From positions 39,314-103,313 of the forward strand of contig CAMYIJ010000010.1 in NCBI GenBank assembly GCA_947258375.1: a stretch of 64,000 bases of DNA. Reading direction: 5' to 3'. Under the pieces are notes generated by a model. The model was not told the origin of the DNA. It was given only the letters and a program-made list of their open reading frames with translations, and ran no database searches. The DNA is from an uncultured Acidimicrobiaceae bacterium. Its GTDB lineage: Bacteria; Actinomycetota; Acidimicrobiia; Spongiisociales; UBA5794. Positions within the stretch are counted from its first letter, which is position 1; each line of letters opens with the position of its first letter. This document shows, one piece after another, positions 57,718-64,000 of the stretch. The position numbers and the translations under genes were made by a program.

Positions 57718-57864
57718 TTAGCCCTTTCGATCGTCGTCCGATTCGGCGCGCTTCCGGGCGCCTCGCTTCTCGGCCCATTTCACGGCTCCGAGCGCGATCA
57801 CGATCGGCACGGCGAACATCAGAATCTCGTCCCATCCGCCCTGATGGGCGATTAACCACTCCAT
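57718..57864 (-). CDS. possible translationally coupled small membrane protein (48 aa)
   Basis: Hand translation MEWLIAHQGGWDEILMFAVPIVIALGAVKWAEKRGARKRAESDDDRKG. The ATG abuts the TAG stop of the upstream gene. Not in the ORF track. Confidence 0.35.
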   Translation of the reverse strand: MEWLIAHQGGWDEILMFAVPIVIALGAVKWAEKRGARKRAESDDDRKG

Positions 57865-59166
57865 CTATCCGGCCAGGATGAATAGGCCGAGCCCGGTCAG
57901 TGTCACCATGAGAACCAGCATCGCATACTGCGTGCGGACCGCAACCTCGGAGTCGAATACGGCCAGCGCCCGATCGTGTGCCAGCACCACACCGGCGATG
58001 TGGCCGAGCACGATAACGATGACCTGTACGTACCAGATCCACAGCTGGCTGGGGGTGAACACTACCTGCCAGTCGGCCGTGCCGAAGAGGTCCCAGCCCC
58101 GACCGAAGGGGTCGCTGGCGACATGGAGTAGCTGCTGGCCTTCGAACACGACCAGGCTGAAGTAGTGGGCGAAGGCATAGGCGAAGGCGATGGGTACGAG
58201 TGTGTGGGCGAAGCTGGCGGCGATCTCGCCGGTTGCTTGGCCGGCGCCCGCGAGGCGGGCGGCCAGGCCCGATGCACCGTAGTAGGCGGCTCCGATCACC
58301 AGGCAAGTGGCGAGAAGGGCGATTGTCTCGAACCACATCTCGCGGCGGATATCGCCCGTCACGTCCGCCCACCATCCGGCCCCCGCCATTCCGTCGTAGG
58401 TGACCGTTCCGATCATCGCGATGATGAATGGCGCCGTTCCCGGATGGGTGGGCAGGTGGGGGAGACCCACCAACCAGCCGCGCCGCTCGAGCTGGGCGGG
58501 GCCCTGCTTCGAGGGGACGAGTTCAACGGGAGCAATCCGCGAGATCAGGGCGGTGTACATCTCGAAGGCAGCGCCGGTGCGCAGGGCGGTTTCCGGCCCC
58601 AGCCGGCGGGAGAGGGCGACCAGGTACAGGCCATAGACGACGGCGGCGATTGCCAGCGTCCTGGGGATCGTGTTGTCGGGAAAAACGAGCTCGAGCCATA
58701 CGAAGCCAACAAAGGCGACAACCGCCGGCCAGACTCCGATCCGCTCGAGCAACTGGGGTCGTTCGGCGACGCCGCCCGAGGTGAAGTGAACGATCCGTCG
58801 GTAGGGGCTCATCCAGCGCCACAATCCCCCCACCGCTACCGACGCGAAGGGGACCACGAGCCAGAAGAAGATCCACACCAGAACCACGCCGATGCTGTGG
58901 GGACTCTCCTCGCCATCGAGAAGACCGTTGAGCACGACGAGGGTGAGTCCGATAGCTCCGGTTGCCGCCAGCACCCGAGCGACCATGTCGCCCGAGCGCG
59001 CCGAACCGGTTCGGCGGTCGTAATCACCCTGGAGCCGCGGTTCCAGCCAAGCGGCACTAAGAGCCACAAACGACACCACGATGGCAAGGCCGGCCCCGAC
59101 GACGAAGAAGCTGAGCGGCACCGGCAGGTCGGTCCGCCCCCCGACGTGCGCCAGCAGTGAATGCAT
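57865..59166 (-). CDS. polytopic integral membrane protein, unknown function
   Basis: At least 10 predicted TM helices. Start ATG 59166; the ORF-track extension to 59235 would translate the palindrome. Confidence 0.6.
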   Translation of the reverse strand: MHSLLAHVGGRTDLPVPLSFFVVGAGLAIVVSFVALSAAWLEPRLQGDYDRRTGSARSGDMVARVLAATGAIGLTLVVLNGLLDGEESPHSIGVVLVWIFFWLVVPFASVAVGGLWRWMSPYRRIVHFTSGGVAERPQLLERIGVWPAVVAFVGFVWLELVFPDNTIPRTLAIAAVVYGLYLVALSRRLGPETALRTGAAFEMYTALISRIAPVELVPSKQGPAQLERRGWLVGLPHLPTHPGTAPFIIAMIGTVTYDGMAGAGWWADVTGDIRREMWFETIALLATCLVIGAAYYGASGLAARLAGAGQATGEIAASFAHTLVPIAFAYAFAHYFSLVVFEGQQLLHVASDPFGRGWDLFGTADWQVVFTPSQLWIWYVQVIVIVLGHIAGVVLAHDRALAVFDSEVAVRTQYAMLVLMVTLTGLGLFILAG

Positions 59167-59191
59167 GGCCCCGAGGCTACCGACCTCTCCC

Positions 59192-59239
59192 GTTCTTGCG
59201 GATATCCGCGCCAGATCCTGCGCGGATATCCGCAAGAAC
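59192..59239. promoter_or_regulatory. perfect 20/20 inverted repeat (8-bp spacer) containing two GCGGATATCCGC palindromes: putative dual operator in the divergent promoter
   Basis: gttcttgcggatatccgcgc cagatcct gcgcggatatccgcaagaac. Confidence 0.5.
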
Positions 59240-59248
59240 GGATTGGGG

Positions 59249-59282
59249 CGAGTTCACTTTGCATAAACATACGCCTATGCGT
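59249..59282. promoter_or_regulatory. putative ARG box pair (TTGCATAAACATACGCC / TATGCGTATATTCAC) upstream of argC
   Basis: TGCATA / TATGCG half-sites resemble actinobacterial ArgR operators (from memory). The AT-rich sequence abuts the argC start. Confidence 0.4.
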
Positions 59283-59295
59283 ATATTCACCGGCT

Positions 59296-60339
59296 ATGTC
59301 TGTTCAGCATCCCGCGGTAGGTGTCATCGGCGCTTCCGGCTATGCCGGTGGCGAAGTCCTGCGTCTGCTCGACGGCCATCCCGGCGTTTCGCTCAAGGTG
59401 ATTGCCGGCCATACCTCGGCGGGGATGAGCCTCGCGGAGGTCCATCCGCAACTGACCGGCGGTGATCGTTTGCTCGTCTCTCAGAAGGACGCCTTGCAGG
59501 CCGATGTCGACCTGATGTTCCTGGCCCTGCCTCACGGCACGTCGGCCGGGCCGGCGATGGAGTTGCTGGAGCTGGGAGTGAAGGTCGTCGACCTCGGCAG
59601 CGACTTCCGCCTCTCCGACCTCGACCGTTACGAGTCCGCCTACGGATCGGGTCATCCGCATCCAGAGCAGCTCGGCCGATGGCCTTATGGCCTCCCGGAG
59701 ATGAACCGCCACGAGATCGCCGGATCAGACAGGGTCGCCATTCCCGGCTGCTACCCGGTGGGGCCCATCCTGGCGATGTCGCCACTGGCAGCCGCCGGCC
59801 TGATCGATCCCTCCGGCCTTGTCGTCGACGCCCTGTCCGGCGTCTCCGGTGCAGGACGGGGCGCCAAGGCCGACCTCACCTACGGCGCGATCGACGAGGG
59901 CGTGCGGGCCTACGCGGTGACAACTCACCGCCATCGTCCCGAGATCGAGCAAGCCATCGCGGCCTGGACGGGCCTGCCGATCGACGAAATCAAGCTGTCC
60001 TTCACTCCCCATATCGTGCCGATGCAGCGCGGCATACTGTCGACCTGCTCCGCTCCAATCACCGGAAACGCCGGGGACGTGACGGCGACGTTGGAGAAGG
60101 CATTCGCCGACGAACCTTTTGTCGACGTCGTATCGGGTCCACCCACCAGCCGCTGGGTCGTCGGCTCCAACCGCTGCATCATGTCACCGCACGTCGACGA
60201 CCACACCGGAAGGGTGATCGTGATCACCGCCATTGACAATCTGCTCAAGGGCGCTGCCGGACAGGCGGTGCAGTGCGCGAATCTCATGCTCGGCCTGGCG
60301 GAGACGTCCGGGCTGCCGCTAGCCGGCTGGATGCCATGA
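59296..60339 (+). CDS. argC: N-acetyl-gamma-glutamyl-phosphate reductase
   Basis: VGVIGASGYAGGE N-terminus and catalytic Cys region (PGCYP). Start ATG 59296. Confidence 0.93.
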   Translation: MSVQHPAVGVIGASGYAGGEVLRLLDGHPGVSLKVIAGHTSAGMSLAEVHPQLTGGDRLLVSQKDALQADVDLMFLALPHGTSAGPAMELLELGVKVVDLGSDFRLSDLDRYESAYGSGHPHPEQLGRWPYGLPEMNRHEIAGSDRVAIPGCYPVGPILAMSPLAAAGLIDPSGLVVDALSGVSGAGRGAKADLTYGAIDEGVRAYAVTTHRHRPEIEQAIAAWTGLPIDEIKLSFTPHIVPMQRGILSTCSAPITGNAGDVTATLEKAFADEPFVDVVSGPPTSRWVVGSNRCIMSPHVDDHTGRVIVITAIDNLLKGAAGQAVQCANLMLGLAETSGLPLAGWMP

Positions 60340-61502
60340 GCGTTACCGGTCCCCGGGGATTCACCTCCGCAGGCGTGGCGGCCGGCATCAAGGCCGGTGA
60401 CGCCCTTGACGTGGCGCTCGTGGTTGGCGGCGAAGGTACCCAAGGAACTGCCGTGTTCACGGTCAACACCGCAGCGGCGGCCCCGGTGGAGTTGAGCCGC
60501 CGCCATCTGGCGGCCACCGCCACGGTGCGAGCGGTTGTCCTCAACTCCGGTGGAGCCAATGCGGCCACCGGACAGGCCGGCGACGAGACGGCCGCCATGA
60601 TGGCCCAGGCCACCGCGAATCGTGTGGGCTGCGACCCGTCGCAGGTTCTCGTGTGCTCCACCGGGACCATCGGCTCGCCCCTCCCACGCATAGAGGTTCT
60701 GGCCGGGATCGAGGCAGCCGCCGATCGACTGGCCGGAGGGGAGGCTGCCGGCCTCATGGCGGCACAGGCGATCATGACCACGGACGGCGTCCCGAAACAG
60801 GCCTCGTACGAATCGTCCGCCGGGTGGTCGGTGGGAGCGATGGCCAAGGGGGCCGGGATGATTCGCCCCGATATGGCGACGATGTTGGCGGTAATCACCA
60901 CCGACGCGGTCGCCGGTCAACCGGAACTCGAGTCCGTCCTGCGCAACGCGGTCGACCATTCTTTCCACGAGCTCAACATCGATGGCTGCTGCTCCACCAA
61001 CGACACCGTGGTCCTCCTGGCTTCCGGCGCCGCGGGCATGACCCCCGACATCGAGGAGCTTCGCGACGCGGTTGCGACCGTATGTCGGGACCTGGCCGAG
61101 CAGATGGCCGCCGACGCCGAGGGCGCTTCCCGGGTCGTCGTGATTCACGTGACCGGCGCCGCGAACGACCTCGCCGCCCGCCACCTGGGCCGGGCTGTCG
61201 CCGATTCAGCTCTGGTGCGGTCCGCGTTCTACGGCGGCGATCCCAACTGGGGCCGCATCATCGGCGCCCTGGGCAATGTGGCCGCGCCCGCAGAGGTGGA
61301 CGGCGCCGACATCGATTTCGCCGGCGTCGCCGTGGCGCGAAGCGGCGTCGCGGTCGAGTGCGATGAGGATGCGCTGGCCGCCCGGCTGGCGACGGGAGAC
61401 TTCACCGTGGCGATATCGCTCGGCGACGGCCCCGGCGCAGCCCACGTGATGACGACCGACCTGACACCCGAGTACGTCCGATTCAACGGGGAGCGTTCCT
61501 GA
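60336..61502 (+). CDS. argJ: bifunctional ornithine acetyltransferase / N-acetylglutamate synthase
   Basis: ArgJ family with the autoprocessing site (ATMLAVITTDA). ATGA overlap with argC. Confidence 0.93.
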   Translation: MSVTGPRGFTSAGVAAGIKAGDALDVALVVGGEGTQGTAVFTVNTAAAAPVELSRRHLAATATVRAVVLNSGGANAATGQAGDETAAMMAQATANRVGCDPSQVLVCSTGTIGSPLPRIEVLAGIEAAADRLAGGEAAGLMAAQAIMTTDGVPKQASYESSAGWSVGAMAKGAGMIRPDMATMLAVITTDAVAGQPELESVLRNAVDHSFHELNIDGCCSTNDTVVLLASGAAGMTPDIEELRDAVATVCRDLAEQMAADAEGASRVVVIHVTGAANDLAARHLGRAVADSALVRSAFYGGDPNWGRIIGALGNVAAPAEVDGADIDFAGVAVARSGVAVECDEDALAARLATGDFTVAISLGDGPGAAHVMTTDLTPEYVRFNGERS

Positions 61503-62413
61503 TGACCACCGGCCACACCGCCCCGGATGCCCGCAAGACGCGTATCGCGCGTTCGATGGGCAAGGCGGCGATATTCAGTGAGGCACTGCCCTTCATCAAG
61601 CGGTACCGCGGCAGCATCGTTGTGATCAAGTATGGCGGCTCCGCCATGGTCAACGAGGACCTCCGAGAGACCTTTGCCGACGATGTGGCGATGCTGCACT
61701 ACGTCGGCATCAAGCCGGTGATCGTCCACGGCGGCGGTCCCCACATCTCGGCGGCAATGGGTCAGCGCGGTATCGAACCGCAATGGGTTGACGGACTACG
61801 GGTAACGGACGCGGAGACGATTCGTGTGGTCCAATCGACGCTCGCCGGCGAGATCAACCCCGACATCGTGCGGCTCATGAACGCCCACGGTGCCGTGGCC
61901 ACCGGGATCAGCGGACACGACGGCAACCTCTTTGTGGCCAAGGCCAAGGATGAGCGGCTCGGCTTCGTCGGCGAGGTCGCCGAGATCAACCCGGGTCTGA
62001 TTCGCAGCCTGCTCTCGGAGGGATACGTTCCCGTGATAGCGCCGCTGGCGCGGGGTACTGACGGCAAGACATACAACCTGAATGCCGATACCGCCGCGTC
62101 GGCGCTGGCGGCTGCTCTCACCGCTTGCAAACTCGTCTACCTCACCGATGTGGAAGGGCTCTACCGGGATCTCGGCGACCACGATTCGCTGGTTCAGCGG
62201 GCGATCGTCCCCGACCTCGAGGCAATGGTGGCCAGCGGTGGAGTGTCTGCGGGCATGCTGCCGAAGCTGCAGAGTGCCATCGATGCCATCGAGGGCGGCG
62301 TCGAGCGGGTTCACATCCTCGACGGCCGGATCCAGCATTCGGTGCTTCTCGAGATCTTCACTGCAGATGGGATCGGCACGATGATCACCCAGCAGACGGA
62401 GCCGGTGCCGTGA
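61502..62413 (+). CDS. argB: acetylglutamate kinase
   Basis: VIKYGGSAM and the amino-acid kinase fold. ATGA overlap with argJ. Confidence 0.93.
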   Translation: MTTGHTAPDARKTRIARSMGKAAIFSEALPFIKRYRGSIVVIKYGGSAMVNEDLRETFADDVAMLHYVGIKPVIVHGGGPHISAAMGQRGIEPQWVDGLRVTDAETIRVVQSTLAGEINPDIVRLMNAHGAVATGISGHDGNLFVAKAKDERLGFVGEVAEINPGLIRSLLSEGYVPVIAPLARGTDGKTYNLNADTAASALAAALTACKLVYLTDVEGLYRDLGDHDSLVQRAIVPDLEAMVASGGVSAGMLPKLQSAIDAIEGGVERVHILDGRIQHSVLLEIFTADGIGTMITQQTEPVP

Positions 62414-62886
62414 GCCCGACCAGCGACACTCGCAATGCCCGGCGCCGGATGATGCGGCGCCTGCTGGCGGAGGGTTCCGTGACGAGTCAGAAGCAGCTCG
62501 CCGAGGTGTTGGCGGAGGCCGGCTTCGAAGTGACGCAGGCCACCGTGTCACGCGATCTTGACGCCCTCGGCGCGGTCCGCGTCAAATCGGACGACAACGG
62601 CTTGCACTACGAGATCCTTGACGACCGTTTTGCCTTCAGACCCGGAATCGAGTCGGCGGCGCGAGCGCTGAATGAGTTCGCCCAGTCCATTGCTGCATCC
62701 GGCAACCTGGCCGTGGTGCACACCGCTCCGGGAGCGGCGCATCTCGTCGCAAGTGCCTTGGATGGTGCCGGACTCCCCGACGTCATAGGCACCGTGGCCG
62801 GTGATGACACGATCATGGTCATTGCCGCCGAAGGTGTATCCGGAGCCAGTTTGGTGGAAGTACTGCAATCGATGGGAGCAAGCTGA
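62410..62886 (+). CDS. argR: arginine repressor
   Basis: Winged-helix N-domain ([25 protein letters not shown]) and C-terminal oligomerisation domain (GDDTIMV). GTGA overlap with argB. Confidence 0.85.
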   Translation: MSPTSDTRNARRRMMRRLLAEGSVTSQKQLAEVLAEAGFEVTQATVSRDLDALGAVRVKSDDNGLHYEILDDRFAFRPGIESAARALNEFAQSIAASGNLAVVHTAPGAAHLVASALDGAGLPDVIGTVAGDDTIMVIAAEGVSGASLVEVLQSMGAS

Positions 62887-64000
62887 TGGCCAGAGATATC
62901 AAGCGGGTCGTGCTGGCCTACAGCGGCGGGCTGGACACGTCGGTGATCCTCAGGTGGATCCAGGAGGAGTACGGCGCCGAGGTGATCGCATACACCGCGG
63001 ACGTTGGTCAGGGTGAGGAAGTCGGCGAAGCGGTGGACAAGGCGCTGGCGACGGGCGCGGTCGAGGCGATAGCCGAGGACCTGCGCGACGAGTTCGTCGC
63101 CGATTTCGTGTTCCCCGCCCTCCGGGCCAATGCTGTATACGAGGGCTACTACCTCCTCGGAACCTCGCTGGCGCGCCCGATCATCGGCAAGGGCCTTGTC
63201 GAGGCGGCGGAGCGCTTCGGTGCCGACGCCATTTCCCACGGCGCCACCGGAAAGGGCAACGACCAGGTTCGCTTCGAGCTGACGGCCTTTGCGCTCAAGC
63301 CCGACATCAAGGTGATCGCCCCGTGGCGAGAATGGGATCTCACGGGCCGGGCGGACTGCATTCGCTACGCAGAAGAGCACGGCATTCCGGTCCCGGTCAC
63401 TCCCGACAAGCCCTACTCGATAGACGCCAATCTGCTCCATACCTCCTACGAGGGCGGCGTGCTCGAGGATCCGTGGGAGGGGCCGCCGAAAGGCATGTTC
63501 AACATCACGGTCGACCCGTGGGAAGCCCCCGACATCATGGAAACAGTCACCGTCGGCTTCGAGCAGGGCACCCCGGTTTCGATCAACGGCACGAGACTCG
63601 ACCCCGCGGCGCTCCTGACCCGGCTCAACGAGCTCGGAGGTGCTGCCGGGGTCGGCCGCATCGACATTGTCGAGAACCGCTTCGTCGGCATGAAGAGCCG
63701 CGGGGTCTACGAGACCCCCGGGGGCACGATCCTCCACCACGCCCACCGGGCGGTTGAGTCGATCACCCTCGATCGTGAGGTCATGCACCTCCGTGACGAG
63801 TTGTCGCCGCGCTACGCCGAGATGGTCTACAACGGCTTCTGGTACGCCCCCGAGCGGGAGGCGCTCCAGGCATTCATGGACAACATCCAGCAGCGTGTCA
63901 ACGGGGAAGCCCGGCTGACCCTGTACAAGGGGAATGTCATCGTGGACGGGCGCCGCTCCGACGACTCTCTCTACGACGAGGCGACTGTCACCTTTGAAGA
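62886..64000 (+). CDS. argG: argininosuccinate synthase (3-prime end outside window)
   Basis: [13 protein letters not shown]-terminus. ATGA overlap with argR. The ORF runs off the window. Confidence 0.9.
   Translation, partial: MARDIKRVVLAYSGGLDTSVILRWIQEEYGAEVIAYTADVGQGEEVGEAVDKALATGAVEAIAEDLRDEFVADFVFPALRANAVYEGYYLLGTSLARPIIGKGLVEAAERFGADAISHGATGKGNDQVRFELTAFALKPDIKVIAPWREWDLTGRADCIRYAEEHGIPVPVTPDKPYSIDANLLHTSYEGGVLEDPWEGPPKGMFNITVDPWEAPDIMETVTVGFEQGTPVSINGTRLDPAALLTRLNELGGAAGVGRIDIVENRFVGMKSRGVYETPGGTILHHAHRAVESITLDREVMHLRDELSPRYAEMVYNGFWYAPEREALQAFMDNIQQRVNGEARLTLYKGNVIVDGRRSDDSLYDEATVTFE

Noticed and set aside
59167-59235. N-terminal extension MRISAQDLARISARTGEVGSLGA of the polytopic membrane protein
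   Set aside because: It is simply the translation of the 48-bp palindrome. The ATG at 59166 followed by a hydrophobic segment is the more plausible start.

Overview
This 64 kb window is the chromosomal replication-origin neighbourhood of a high-GC (about 70 percent) Actinomycetota genome. There are no rRNA or tRNA genes and no CRISPR array.

Minus strand core: dnaA (26386-27750), dnaN, recF, dciA (DUF721), gyrB and gyrA, followed by the actinobacterial DUF3566 membrane-protein gene (Rv0007-like). A compact AT-rich oriC lies between dnaA and dnaN.

Divergent plus-strand core: rpmH (44 aa, missing from the ORF track), rnpA (overlaps rpmH), yidD, yidC, jag/khpB, a parS site, rsmG, parA and parB.

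Downstream block on the minus strand, mycobacterium-like in order: cwlM, trxA, trxB, a holin-X-like small membrane protein, a ZAS anti-sigma factor, an ECF sigma factor (SigM-like position), a stand-alone pseudokinase, a GNAT acetyltransferase and an HDAC-family deacetylase.

Left flank (1-16.8 kb), housekeeping and accessory genes: partial MFS transporter, MscS channel, two MBL-fold hydrolases, homogentisate dioxygenase, DUF1876 protein, a secreted DUF3152-type zinc protease with a Thr-rich repeat linker, SnoaL-like protein, SDR, DUF89, a membrane-anchored alpha/beta hydrolase, F420-type nitroreductase, VIT1 transporter, Xaa-Pro aminopeptidase and a thioredoxin-NHL lipoprotein. An intact IS630-family element (16851-18000) sits exactly on the TA of the DUF3566 stop codon.

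Right flank (41-59 kb): a CapA-family lipoprotein, a small secreted HExxH protein, a large DUF3160 lipoprotein with two Excalibur-type Ca-binding motifs, an orphan PilT ATPase, a zinc-ribbon RNase HI fusion, CCA-adding enzyme, an M3 peptidase, a second ECF sigma/anti-sigma pair, an FMN-dependent 2-hydroxyacid dehydrogenase, a methyltransferase, an acyl-CoA dehydrogenase and a polytopic membrane protein.

The window ends with an arginine operon in the unusual order argC-argJ-argB-argR-argG, lacking argD and argF.

Sequence-level oddities, in coordinate order:
- a low-GC heptamer tandem array (TACTGAR x6) with an inverted partner between hmgA and the DUF1876 gene
- three consecutive perfect hairpins and a C-rich tract where mycobacteria carry tRNA-Ile/Ala
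- direct repeats in the recF-dciA spacer
- four CTTGAC repeats upstream of the HExxH gene
- a perfect 48-bp inverted repeat carrying two GCGGATATCCGC palindromes in the divergent promoter upstream of argC

I found no single compact system I can call novel with confidence. The best candidates for uncharacterised biology are the CapA/HExxH/DUF3160-Excalibur/PilT/ZnR-RNaseH block and the palindromic operator pair upstream of the arg operon.
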